From: Cystobasidiomycetes sp. EMM_F5 | Taxonomy: Eukaryota | Direction: 5' to 3' | DNA: 64,000 nt | Assembly (NCBI GenBank): GCA_051047955.1 | Contig: JBPGPT010000003.1 | Location: 620,001-684,000, forward strand | Notes under the pieces: generated by a model | Databases searched by the model: none | Seen by the model: the letters and a program-made list of their open reading frames with translations, nothing else | Told to the model about the DNA's origin: nothing | Part shown: piece by piece, positions 25,249 to 38,033 of the stretch | Layout: each line of letters opens with the position of its first letter | How positions within the stretch are numbered: position 1 is the stretch's first letter | Program-made: the position numbers and the translations under genes

Positions 25249-28075
25249 TCACAGTCGACGTAAAGCTAGCACACAGACATCCATCTCTAGTTTGAGCACT
25301 GCCCGATCTGGATCTTCCAGCTTTTCTCGTAATGTATCGTTCAAGGAATCCATAATCTCCTCGATCCTGCCTCGACTGAATTTGCCTTGATCCCGCAAGA
25401 CAGTCCGAAAGTGTGAATCGTACAAGACGCGTATAAATTGCTGAGCATGCTCAGCGAACTGGATCCGTGACATGGTAGTCGCGTTCAGCGCAGTATATGC
25501 TGGATGAGCAAGACACAGTACTTCTTCGTGTATGGGAAATGAAGGAGAGTGCGAATCACAGGCGTTGTCGTCAGGCGTTTTCGGACTGTTGCGGGCTGCC
25601 TCAGGTTCAGGAAGGCCACAGGACCATTCCAGATGCCAGTTCTTGGCACATGTGCGCAACGTGTTTTGTATCTGACTAGGTGACCGCGGATACAGTGTAG
25701 TCTGTTACAAGGCAGAATACGGTAAGAAGTCGCATCTCATAGTCCGAGCACTGTACCTACATTGAGCAGCTTGTGAGCAGTATCGCCATTTATGAGGCCA
25801 GTCGAGACGAGCCTTTGCATGCATGGTGCCAGAAGTGCGGGCAGACCTGACCACAGTGAGCAGTCTTTACTGTTGTCGAAACCGTACGACCTCCTGGACA
25901 AAGAGCTCGACCTTTCCCACGAATGTGAAGGTCGTTTTGCGTGCGTTGCTACTCTAGCTGGTATCGCTCCGGACGCAGCATCGATTGTCACACCACGTTC
26001 ATTGCTGTATATACTGGGACTGGGCGTCAAGGTAAGCGTATCATCGTCGTCCTTCTTGCTGATGAAAGCGAGCACGAGTACACCGTCCTGCTTGAATTCC
26101 TTCGCTCTAGCATCGAGGAAATTACGCATGTCCTCGTTGGCCGCGACGGTGGCAGTAACCCCTCCGAAAGTTGACATTCGACGGAAGTGCATGTCCATGA
26201 GACTGTATCCGAGGCTGACAGACGATGGCGGTGCAATCTGTCCACCGTAGTGCCTTCCTGCAAAAGATGAAAAAACCTGTGGTGCCGCAGCGGTGTAATT
26301 GCGCTCGCAGCTAGGATTGCTTAGAGCGGTGGCCATGGGTCGGAAATCAGTCGAAGGTTCATCCGCATGCGTCACGCAATAGCTTGGAAGTGATTGCGGG
26401 TCTTCCGAGCCTGTGTCGTGTAGCCGGACCTCCGCAATCCGTTGTATGATATCGTGTATGAGCTGGGGCGATGAGCTGTTGCTGTAATCGTATTCTACGA
26501 TATTGACTATGTCCTCTTGTAAAGCAGGCGTGCAGTCGGGAATGAGGACATCCAGAATATCTGCTACCTTGCTACGTACGGCTCTGCCAAAGAATCCGTT
26601 GCCGCAGCTTCCCATCAATCCGCCCTTGCCATTCGAGGCTGGAGCTGTATGATTGGTCGCCGGCACTGCATGACTATTGACGAAAGGGACTGCGCGAGAA
26701 GACGAACTCGACATGACTTGCGCTGCGGCTTGTCGCACAGCTTCGGCTGTTGCGGTATCGAAAGTATCTGGCATTTGAAGACCGAAAGATGGACTCTGCT
26801 GCGCCGAGGAAGGTGCATCATGCAGGGGTCTGTTGGGCGCTTCACTTCTGCACGAGCTGAAGGAGTGTCGACTTGTCGAAGATCCGCGTCTGGAAAGAGG
26901 AGGTCGTTTCGGCACAAGCTGCTCGCGCCATGAGCTCTCTTCCCGGTGTGCATGAGCAAGTCCTCCCGGCAGCGAGGCATCCAAACTTCTCCGCACTGAC
27001 CGGGATCGGGTCAAAGTTTGATTTTGTGGTTTGTCGATGCTGTAGCAGTGGCCACTACACATCAGCATAAATTATGATGACAATATACACAGGTGCAGAC
27101 TCACACTCCGGAAATCAGTACGCTTTTGCGATTCACTTCATTACCAGGAATAGTTGTGTCCGAATGCTGTCCGGTCCCGGGAAGCTCGTGCTCCGGAAGA
27201 GAAGCCAGAAGCGAGCGAGTCGGTACACGAAGACCCTCGCTTATGCTCCTGCCGAAAGACGGCCTCGTCGCGACATTCTGTTTTGTAGACGGGATATGGG
27301 GTGCAGGACCCGCACAGTTGCATGTTGCGCAAGTCTGTGGTTGCGGAGATTGGTAGGGCACGCGAGATGTGGACGGCACAGCGTGAATTCGGCTTATGTC
27401 CTGTGTTGGTATCGAAGGCGCGTACTGCGGAGAAAAGAGGGATCCGGTCGAAGTGCCAGTCCGTGGCGTCAGTGCACCCGTAGATGCGGCGCTGCTCATA
27501 GCGTCTGTATCTATTGACCCTTCCGTGCCAGACTGCATCAATTGCTGCAGTGATTTGGGACGAGAGAGCGGCGATTTTGGCGAGGAAAATATGCGCAGTT
27601 GCTTGGTGACGACCGCGCGAGTCGATGGAGACGAGGTATGCTGCACTATCGATGAGGCAGTAGACCTGCCTGCGGATGAAGAGGATGTTGACGACGGAGC
27701 CGCTGCAATCGGTCCAACGCCCGTCCACGAGACGTGTAGTGGATTTCTGCTGGATGTCTCGCGGTCATGGTTCTGCTCCTGACGGCGTGCAAAGAGTGAA
27801 GACGTCTGAATCCCGACATGTGGCTTTGTGACGGTTGTGCCGGTGATCTGACCAGATTCTGGCTTTGACTGCAGATTCTGCTGATCGTTGACGACCATGG
27901 CTTCAAGCTGCGCCAGTACGCTGTGAGATGTCTCGTCCATCCGGTTTACTGCCACCGTTCGCTTTGTGACTTCCGCTGAAAAGACCTTGTCGAACGGGTC
28001 GACTCCGGGCAGACCAGGTGGAGAAGGGGTCTCTGGAATTGCTGGAGAAAAAGAAGAGGAACAGTCTGATGACAT
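25249..28075 (-). CDS. Protein with long S/T-rich N-terminus and degenerate SABATH (Methyltransf_7)-like SAM-dependent methyltransferase domain
   Basis: Three ORFs joined by GT-AG introns. Ordered motifs IVNIVEY, VTHADEPSTDFR, FAGRHYGGQIAPPSSVSLGYSLMDMH, DMRNFLDARAKEFKQDGVLVL and LYPRSPSQI parallel the SABATH consensus order. Confidence 0.65.
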
Positions 28076-29425
28076 GTTGAAGATTGAAGGTGTCGTACTC
28101 CAGTAGCTGCTGTCGACTGTGTGAATGCTGCAGCCAACTCAGACCTGCCCAGAAAACGTGGCTGACAGGGATTAGGGGGTGGCGGATAGACTGAGAAATG
28201 GAGAGATCCAAGTGCCGACAAGACAGAGAAAAGGTAGCGTGTAACAGCGAAAGAGAAGGAGAGAAACGACAGCTGCTGCTATGTTCTGCAGTAATGGTTA
28301 GCTTCTACTCGTCGAGGTTTCCGTCAATTTCCAGGATTCTTTGCATGAATCTGTCGCCCAGAAACAGTCAGCTCTCGCCATTCTCGACGGTGCATGAGCC
28401 GACGACTCACAGACTCGAGTGCACGACTCATGCAAGCACCCTCACTGGGTATGCTTGTACCAACAGCCAACGCTGCGCCGATTGTCGTTGAGCTGGCTGG
28501 TTGGGTGTTTTCTGCCGGGACCACGACACTTTGGGCTCGGCAACTTGGGCGACGCGACAAGGCGAAAGCAGCAGGCTGGGTCAACAGAGGCAGGGTGTGC
28601 AGCACATATCAGGTTGGTGCATGTACAACTCATACGAAGGTAGCCGCGCCGGAGCCATCCAGGCTGTCGACCGGCCGAAAGTCTGCGCAACGCTAACCCT
28701 GCTGACCCGGGGTGCTGAGGCCAGACCGTGGCCATTCGAAATTTAGCACAAAGATCATCTTTGGCAAATCCACTGTGAAGTGAAGATCGCACATTATGCT
28801 GGCGATCATCTACTGTAACTATGTATCCAGCTGCAGTTGGTAACAGCTTATCTGCACTCGAACCCAGCAGACCTATCTTTCGAGTGAAATTGTGGTCTAA
28901 GCTTTTGTCGATGATCACTGCTTCCCATCCCGCAACTTTGGCAGGATTGCAACGCGATCCGTATACTGTGTAAGGACTCCAGTACAGTGTACTCTGCCGC
29001 GGTCCTATGTATACTTGTCCACATTACCTGCAACAAACTTGTCGATGAAATGCAGGCGGTGCGACGCGACGCGACGCGTCCTCAGACCGTCGTGCCCCCA
29101 ACTCGCCAGCACTCTTGCACAACCACTATGCAGATGGTTTTGGTTGTGCTGGTGACTGCGCTGGTCGACGCTTGACGGGCGCGTGCGCCAATCTACCGAA
29201 GTTGTATAGTGGTTGTGTAACGAAACGGCAGCCATAAACGTCTGCTGGTCGAAGATTCCGTCTAGACAATGAATGAGCATCGATATGCGAGCAGAGCGCT
29301 CGTCGAAACGAATGGAGTCCTCTCGCTCTGATGCCACGATAATGACGGACGCTAGTTGGCGACCGTACAGCTTATTGCTGGCCTTGAATGTAAAAGATGG
29401 GAATGTAAGCGTCCTGATCAAGGCG

Positions 29426-29899
29426 TCAAGATAAGTGCTTCCATGGATCTTCCATCATGGACATCTTGAAGAAGCGACTGGGTTGTTTTGCCGTTTCCAT
29501 TCCTCCTGCATCGTCGTCGTTTGTTCGGACCCGCTAAAAAAAGGCAAGACCCATGCTCAGATTTACGCCGTCTTTACGGTAAAGCAAGAGTCTGTATACC
29601 TTTTGTGGTCGGTCCCCGTCTCCCTTGTACGCTCCACGACCCCTTCCTCGAGACCCGTTATTGCCTTGCCCTCTTTGCGCAGCTCGCACATCGTCGACAT
29701 GTCCAGCCGGTACTGTGTTACTTCCTGTAGGGAAGCCGGCTCGACCTCCTCTGCCCCGAGCTTGTGCACCACCCCGTCCGCGACCCCTCCCGCGACTGCT
29801 GCCTGAGGATTTCGTTTCGTCTCCAGCGGGCAACAGAGCACCGTGATCACTCTTCATGTCAAACATGGCAGGATCAAAGTTGAGCGATTCAGACTCCAT
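29426..29899 (-). CDS. Small RG/RGG-rich protein with C-terminal FFKMSMMEDPWKHL motif (TTDN1/MPLKIP-like)
   Basis: ATG 29899. Phase-0 GT-AG intron 29599-29534 gives ...DRPQK|RVRTNDDDAGGMETAKQPSRFFKMSMMEDPWKHLS*. Confidence 0.75.
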
Positions 29900-30047
29900 T
29901 GTGTTTTGCGAGTGCGCACGAGGAGAGCCGTCGAAGCTTGTCCACGAGTGTCGACGTATAGCCGTGATCGAAAGCTGGGCTGGGACGGCTACATCCAGCG
30001 TCATTACAGATTGTCGACTCATCAAACACCCACGCCATCATAACACC

Positions 30048-31134
30048 ATGTCGTCCATGTCACCGCCTGGCGGTCTGCCATCTCCACTGCCGCCTATGCC
30101 GCTTCCAGAGAGTGCTACAAAGAAAAAGCGAGGTGCTGGTCGAGGCAGAAAGAAGGCGCTTGGACTCGACGGCAATGCAGAAGCTGGACCATCTACACCT
30201 TCTACTCGCGGAGGACGAGGCAGAGGTGGAGGTGCAAGACCCGGCGGAAGTGGTCGCGGACGAGGAGGGGGTCGGAAACGAAAACAGTCGATACAACCTG
30301 ATACGGGCAGTAATGCTGGAACTCCAGCTTCGATGGGAGGTCCGACACCGGGTCCAACGCCTGGTTCCACGCTCATGGATCCGGATACGCCAGGAGGATT
30401 CACGCCCGCAGCAGCCAGTGGAAGTGGGCGAGAAGCGAGCGTGTTTAGTAGTACAACGCGGAGGAGTGGGAATACGAGAGGCGGACAAACGAATGGTGAT
30501 GGCACCGTTGCCGGGGAAGGAGATACGGACGATGAGGATGACGAGGACGACGATGACAATGACCTGGACAGACTGCTGGGCGACGACGAGTATGATGAAC
30601 AAGCAAAGGAGCGGGCCGAAGCCAAAGAGGCATTAAGGTGATCATACATGATACTGATTCAATCATTCTATTGTTTTAACACCTTCAGATTCTCAGACTA
30701 CTCCTCGACCAATTTACTCCGGAACAGCTAGCACGCTACGAAGTTTACAGACGGTCAGGCTTTCAGAAGCCAGCCGTACGAAGGGTGAGTCCTGAAGGCC
30801 TTCGTCGATATCCTTGGCTGAGGCTCAGTTCATCCGTTACTCAGCTCATCAACCATGTCTTGCAACAGTCATGCTCGCCAAACATCATTGTCGCAGTGCG
30901 AGGTTTGGCCAAAGTCTTTGTCGGTGAGGTCGTGGAGTCTGGTAAGAATATATTGGGGCTATCTCCATATTCGCGACGTGCTAAACGTTCATTTGGCCTG
31001 CAGCCCGGCAAATACAGGCCGACAAACAGCAAGATGGTCCGCTTACGCCCGACGATGTCAGAACTGCCTACATGCGGTATCGAGCAGTCCGCGACAACCG
31101 CGGTAGTCAGAAAGCCAAGCTCTTCATTCGATAG
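30048..31134 (+). CDS. TAF11: TFIID subunit TAF11 (TAFII28 histone fold)
   Basis: Spliced C-terminus LLDQFTPEQLARYEVYRRSGF.KPAVRRLINHV..QSCSPNIIVAVRGLAKVFVGEVVE.AR...GPLTPDDVR.AY. Confidence 0.92.
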
Positions 31135-31241
31135 TATAATTCGCAGATGTCTGCAAGCCGTCCGAGTGCAGTGTAGTGAATTTGAGTATTGTTGTTGACA
31201 GCATCACAACCGTGACAACAGGTTTAGCGAATCATCGTGCA

Positions 31242-32017
31242 TTACTTCCCTCTGATCTTCTCGTCTACAAATTTTTCCCATTCAGCCTTCCCGAATGAGG
31301 AGGATACACTTGGCTCTACTAGGCCATCCAGTAGCACGGTAGGCGTGACATGTATGCCATTCTGTCGACCGAGTTTGACTTGGAGCTTCAGATCGTCAGT
31401 GATTTGGGTCCCGCTGTTGAGTGACGTGCCGGTCAGGTTGATGAGTTTTAGAACAGCGTTCTCGTCTACGCCTGATTGTCCTGCCAGTTTGGCTAGTCGT
31501 TTGCGCGTATCATTTGGCGTCTCGTTTTGAACGTTGGCGTCAAAGTAGTCTTCTTGCCTGAGGTGAAATCATCTTAGTCTGTAACGCTAGGAGAAGCGGA
31601 GCTTGTCACGAACTTCTCCATCAATGCGTACGCAAAAGGCCAGGCTTTCGCAGGATCCTGCTTGACGACGGCCAGGAATACTTCGTGGACAAAAGTGGAA
31701 CTTGCATGCCACGGCTGTGGAGTCGAGCGGATGATGACTGCCAGGTCATTCTTGAGCTCGCCGTCGACCAACGGAACGAGGTGCTCTCTGACGCCCAGCA
31801 GTTGCTTCTTTGAGAATGGGCAGACAAAGTCGAGATACAGCTCGAGGTGATGCCTGTGTTCAGTGAGGTAGCATTCATCAACGAGCTTCGAATGTCGTCA
31901 TGACGCCTTACTTTGCAGACCGGGACCCATATAAAGTAGCTGCGAAGCGGGGCGCGAGGCTGTTCAGGTGTTCAGCGAGTATATCCTCATCAGCATAGCA
32001 ATGTGAGCCCACGCCAT
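31242..32017 (-). CDS. DsbA-like thioredoxin-fold protein with CPFS motif
   Basis: 5-nt coding first exon ATGGC. Product MALAPRF...HLELYLDFVCPFSKK...PQPWH.SS..VHE...LQVKLGRQNGIHVTPTVLLDGL. Confidence 0.88.
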
Positions 32018-32481
32018 GTTTCCTCTCTACGCGCTGCGGTTGTCAGCAGTCAAGTCAATTCAGGCACACCCGTTAATGTTCAATCATCTCGGCGATTATG
32101 CGAAGGCTTCTTTGACGCGTTTGCAGCAACAACATGCAGTTTGATGCACTTGCAGTCCTGACCTGAATGCTTGCCGATGTGCTGGACTTGCTCAAAGACA
32201 TGGACAACAAAAGCCTGAATATCGCGCGAAGCGATCACTTCACGAGGAATGGGAGAGTCTGCTTAGGATTGTGCCCATCTGACGACACACTCACGCTTCA
32301 TACGGGCAAGCTGGTCTTGCGTCGCTGAATCTTCTTGTTGCACCTCGCACGCAACCACGCTCTTTCCCTCGACAGCCCTCATCCGGATCTGGTAATCACA
32401 TAGTCGCTGTTCCGGTAACGGGCCATGCGAGTGATTACATAAAGCAAAGACGAGGAAGAAAGAGGTCACTACGCAAATTCA

Positions 32482-35355
32482 ATGACACGGCGCCTCCGCC
32501 ATGGCAGACATGCAGGTCGTGTTCTTGCTGTCCGAGCGGAAGGCGATCGAACGGCTGAAGCGGTCAACGACATCGTCCCAGGAGTGGTGACGCTCGGTCG
32601 AGGCGTCGCAGTGTCGCAGCCTGCGACTATGGCTTCATTCACTGTTCTGTCTGCCCTTTCTCTCTCTCCTCAAGTCAACACAGTCCCGGCACTATCTACC
32701 ATCACTATCGTCAACAAGACGCCCGCACCAAATACCCTGCTGCCTACTCTATCCACTCCCAACCTCATGCAGACCTCCGTACCCGCCGTCTACGCTACCT
32801 ACAGCTATGCTACGCAGGGAAAGCTGTCTGCATCTTCCGCCATCGCGCCTATCAAACAACAAAGTCAAACTGTTGGAGGTTCCGTGCAAGATTCCGATAT
32901 TTTCAGGTCACTCGTATTCAATGCGCTAATCCTACTGTGCATCTTAGTGAGTTTTCCATCTCCTAAGGTCAGACGCGCAAATTGACACCCATTCCAGCTC
33001 TTTATGCTCAGCTCGTTTATAGCCGCAAAGCGGTACGTGTAAATTGCTTGCACATTCCGTTGTAAAGCTGATCCCTTTTCTAATGTCCAGGCTCGGCTTT
33101 TCAAAAGTATCTTCGAACTTCTTCCTCAAACGAGGCGCTCAATCCTGCACTGTCCACCCATGTCGAGGCGCTTTGCCACCAGCAGTGCCTACTTCGCGAC
33201 TGCAGGCACGACTGCGTGGCATGTACAACCAGTCATTTCTGCGCACAGTCCCTTGGACTAGCGGTCTCACAGTAGGCCAATGCCTCGTTATCATCACGTA
33301 CTTTGCGATGGTCCTGGTCACGCCTTTTGCCCAAACTGGCGATGTCGAAACCGATGCACTTCGGTCAGGCAGGATAGCGTGAGTGCAGCTTAGCCTTGCG
33401 AATGCCCATTGCATCTTAATCAACATCCTATATTCCGAAAGCGTCGCACAATTGCCCATTGTTTTCGCACTGGCTGCCAAGAACTCCCCGCTTTCAGTCA
33501 TGCTAGGCAAATCATACGAAAAGCTCAACTTTCTTCATCGCTTCGCCGGGCGAGCGGTATTTGTGTGCTCCACACTACATTCCCTAGTCTATATCAACAG
33601 TAAGCAGATCCAAAGCTGTGCCAAGAGACGGATATCCTGATGCGCTTACTTTTTCGTCAGAATTATCCGCAGCCAAATCTGTCAACCTCGCTAAACCCGT
33701 TCAGTTGACGGGGTTTGTTGCTTGGTTTCTCATATCTTTTATGCTTCTCACTTCTCTTCAGCCCGTAAGAAGAGCGGCGTACAGTCTCTTCCTGTACTCT
33801 CACGTTATCGGCTGGATTGGCTTCATCATCGCCATCTAGTGAGCAGCCCAGACATGCACCAGTGCACAGTCATCTAACTTGTCTGCCTTAGCATGCATGC
33901 ACCCTGGATTCACCACTGGATATACGCTGTCTTAGTTCTCGTAGCCTTTGATTTTGGATTCCGAGCAGCTCGTACCCGCGTAGCTACCGCTACTCTTGTT
34001 CCACTCTCTTCTGCAAGACAGTCTGCTAGCCCGCTGTCAACTGTAACGGATGGCACCACGCAGATCCGGATAGATGGCTTGCAATCAGGGTGGAAAGCGG
34101 GGCAGCATGTCTGGATCCGTCGAGCAGGCTGGAGGGTACACGATGGTGTGTTCCGAGTTCACTGCTCATGAAGGCCCCACTGACAGGCGCGTGGTGTTTC
34201 TTGTTCACAGCCCATCCATTCACTATCGCCTCCTCGGCCGCTTTCGCCTCACTCTATCAATCGGACACGGCTCCTGGACTTACCCTATATGCAAAGAGTG
34301 CTGGTGATTGGACACACAGCTTGCATGAGCAAGCGCAGAAGACAGCTCAAGAAGCAGTGCAAGTTAAATTGACTGTGCAAGGTCCTTATGGTCTCGGCCT
34401 GAATGGTGAGCCATAGAAGCGAGCGTTCGAATAAATAGACATTGACGCTCGCCCGCAGCTGTGACCAATGTCGAGTCTCTCATGTTGATTGCTGGAGGCA
34501 GCGGAGTATGTCATTTGGCGATTTGGCGTCCTTTTCACACTACTGACATGATTCTCACAGATTACATATGCCTTGTCCTGCCTGGAGGAAATACTTGCGT
34601 CCTCCCTTTCTGCATCACCTCAGTACGTCATACAGCGAGTCAATTTGATCTACATTGTTCCACGTATCACTACCGGCATCCTGCCTGATGGTACATACGG
34701 TATGATCGATCCTATCATTCGAAGACTAGGCGATATTGTATACATTGCCGCATCTCGGAGCCCGATCAGCATTCAGGTCGACGTCTGGGAGAGTAAGGCT
34801 GAGCCAAAGGCGGAGAATGCGCGCTTCAAGAGCCTCCGTCTGCCTACGTATCGTCAAGCTACACATTTGCCCGTTTACCGAGAGAATGAGGCGTCAAACA
34901 CCCCTGTCAACGACGAGAAGGGCTACAATGCATGGCGGCGTGACAGTATTCCAGAGTCATTGATGTCTGTTGACAGTCCTTCGGACGATAGCAGCCATCT
35001 CTTCGCGACTGTGAAGGAAGCTCCAGCGTGCGGCTTGGAAGCTCATTCAGGGCGGCCGGATCTCACACTCGAGCTGGATGCGTTCCTACAAAGCATTTTA
35101 GCTACGCGCGGAGGAGCAATGCGTGCAGAAAATCTGAACGGTTCTGCGGTTCTTGCAGGCGGGGTCGGCATCTCCGCCTGCGGTCCACCTGGCTTGGTCA
35201 CTGCCGTCAGTCTCCCCTTTCCGGAGTTAAAGATTTTGCAACGTGTACTGAATATGTATCGTATACAGGCTAGGGATGCTGCGCGCCTCGTCAACCAAAA
35301 TGTCGCTTTTCAGGTCGGAGGAATCATTGTGGATTCGCAAAAGTTTGGGTGGTAA
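32482..35355 (+). CDS. Ferric/cupric reductase (FRE/NOX family); start may be 32629
   Basis: ALAAKNS, YEKLNFLHRFAGR, SLQPVRRAAYSLFLYSH, WKAGQHVWIR, HPFTIAS (FAD), GPYG, IAGGSGIT (NADPH) and CGPPGL. Confidence 0.9.
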
Positions 35356-35702
35356 GGGACATGGACAATGCGGTGAAAGCCTGAAATGAGTCACTGTAGC
35401 CATACGTAGACACGTTAGCAAGTCGTCAATGCCAAAAGACTCGTTGCTTTGCCTGTCGTTCGATTTCGATCGCCTAAAGCCGTGCTCTACCCCAGGTCAC
35501 CTGTCTCGACTCCCTGTGCGTCTCGTCAGACATCGCACAATTCTGAAGTCGAATGGCAGCCTGAAACGACGCATGCTGTGCTTCAGCTAGTAGAGGTCTG
35601 CACCTGCACACCATGGCGGCACCACCACTGCAGCTGGGCAGTACCAAGCCCAGCAGGCGACCTGGCCGAGGCTTGGGCAACGTCTGCAACGCCTGTCTAA
35701 AC

Positions 35703-37629
35703 ATGAATCTGAGCATCGGCCTCGACACGAGCGGCATGACTGGCGAGCGAGAAGTCGAGCGGTGAGCTGGTGTCTGCCTGTGCCAGTCCTGCAAGTGCTG
35801 AGTGATATTTCCCTCATAGCCGGACGCTCCTGTTGCTGGCAGCCGGTACAACGCTGTACTCGCTCGTGGCATTTGTAACTCTGAGAGGCCTGCTAGGGTT
35901 TGAAGAGGACGATGATCCCGACGACGACATGACAGACGACCTCCTGCATGTCAGTGTCGTCTGCTCGCGAGTCTGGTTCATGGCTAGCTGTTTCCTCGGA
36001 TTCGTGGCAATCAAGGGCGTCCTACAGGTATGCAAGACGTGCTGTTGCTCTTTATTGACACTTACTGACTCGTGCCTTCTCTTCGTGTACTGCCTTGATC
36101 TATATCTATGCATCTTTTTTTGGCTCGCTCCCTTTTGTGTGCCTGTCTGCACCGGATATTCCGGACGACGCCTGGCTCAACAGACGCATCTGCCCTCATT
36201 GCGCTTTTTTGCATTACACGCTATCGTCGACACGATTCTATGCGGACTCGTTGCAATACTATTTGCACTCACCGCCTTTTCAGCAAACACTTTGGTATCT
36301 TCGCAACTTGGCCATGCATTCTGCGAGCACGTCAGCAAAGGTCACAGCTTTTTGGGTTTTGTGACATCTCCAGGTAGCGGCATGGAGAATTGTGAGGAAA
36401 AGTGGCTATACGGTATCGCTCCGATCATCATGCTATGCGCGTCGGGAGCCTTCTGCATCCGCGCAAAGACTGCACGAGCCGTGTGGGATTACTATCAACG
36501 TGCTCTGACGGAAGGCAAGATCTCTCTGGACTCACCGAGCACATCGTCGGTGTCGTCGTCTACATTCTCGCATTCGAGCAGCAGTACATTACACGTAGAT
36601 AACCTAGGCCAGGCAGCAAACTATCCATATTCTCGAGCATCAAGGTCGAGGAAGAAACGTTCCGGGACAGGCAGCTCCAGTGGTTCCTCCAATGGCACCG
36701 GTGGCCGAACGATATCACACTCCAGATCATCGTCCACTTCCACTGTACGGCCGTTCCTAGCGGCCGGTACAGCCAGTCGGATCATGCTCCTACCTTCCGA
36801 CTATGCAAATCCTGGATATCCAATCGAAAAGTCGAGTGGACAAGCCTCATCGCCCATTTCGCCACGGTCAGGCAAATCCTCCTCTTCCGAATCCTTCGAC
36901 ACGATTAGAGGGCCTCATCCTCTGCATCCACAAGGATTATCTGCGCATACTACATTGTCTTCCAGTAACACTTATCCTGCTCCACCGATACCTTCTCTCT
37001 CGCACCATCAATCTCAGTACCAACAGGCCGCCGCTTCTCACTTCACTCCAAATCCAAGCACGTCCCCGCCCGCGCTAGAAACACACCTAGCTCCTGCTCA
37101 TTCTCGTAAGAGGTCCATGTCCTACGATAGTGGATCTACTCCACACCCTAAAGTCGTTGTGTACGCTCCAATCTTGATGAGCATAGAGGAGGCGCAAAGT
37201 CTTGGTGGCAGGGAAGCACTCATTGGGAACGCTCAAGCTAAGGCACAGGCCAAGGCGCAAGCGCAAGCCAACAAAGCTCAGGTCTATGCGCAGGCTAGTG
37301 GTAGCGCTACTGCTCTCAGCTCGGCGAGATATCGAAATACCTCGCCTGCTCAAGGGCAGTCCAGCTCCAGCAAAGATGCTCTACATCATTCGGTCTATAC
37401 GACATATTCGCCTCAGCCGTATATGAGTATCGCTCAGCCTCATGTACCGCCGAGAAAGCATCATTCCGAAGATCGACCGCGGTCGTCTACGATGTACAGC
37501 CCATCGATAACACCACTACAACAATATCATCAGTCACACGCCACTCACCATCAATCTTCCGCGTTACGAAGCTTTAGAGACGAAAGTGCCACGGAAATGT
37601 CCACGATGACCTCGCACAAGTACCAATGA
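35703..37629 (+). CDS. Hypothetical membrane protein (several N-terminal TM segments, long S/P/H-rich tail)
   Basis: ATG 35703, intron ~35762-35819 in frame with ORF 35833-37629. Probable second intron 36028-36183. Hydrophobic segments with a luminal Cys pair (FCEH...NCEE). Confidence 0.7.
37231..37269 (+). repeat. Coding low-complexity repeat AQAKAQAKAQAQA
   Basis: Imperfect 12-nt repeat units in frame within the 35703-37629 gene. Confidence 0.6.
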
Positions 37630-38033
37630 CGTCGATTGTAGCGTCCGTCACTGGGAAACTACATGTAATGGTCATACATACTTCAGCTCACGACCAAGAC
37701 GACTAAGGCAACAATGTCCGCTCGTCTTGCCATACTTACAATACGAAAAAACACATGAAGTTTCCATTCGGACTTGGATGCGCATCTAACCTGTATCGAG
37801 CAGATCATCTGTGCCTCATGCCGACAATGTATCTAGTTATAATGTTCATCGACATGCGTTGTACAACATGAAAAAGATAGTAGATTGTTTGCTGGCTGTC
37901 TGCAGACGGAGTCTTTGCTGGGCACTTGCTTTCTTTAATTGCCGACAATCTGCCATTCAGCGGGAGAGATACCGTCTGTGCCCCGTTCCTGCCCATCCGT
38001 GTAGAGCTTGGGTGAGCTCTCGCCAGGTTTCCA

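Noticed and set aside
28200..29420. ORFs of 90-158 aa and a short (CGACG)n run near 29061
   Set aside because: No coding signature; the repeat is too short to be meaningful.
30038..30649. Long antisense ORFs opposite TAF11 and opposite the G/A/P-rich exons (also 53199-53933)
   Set aside because: Expected shadow ORFs of GC-rich low-complexity coding sequence.
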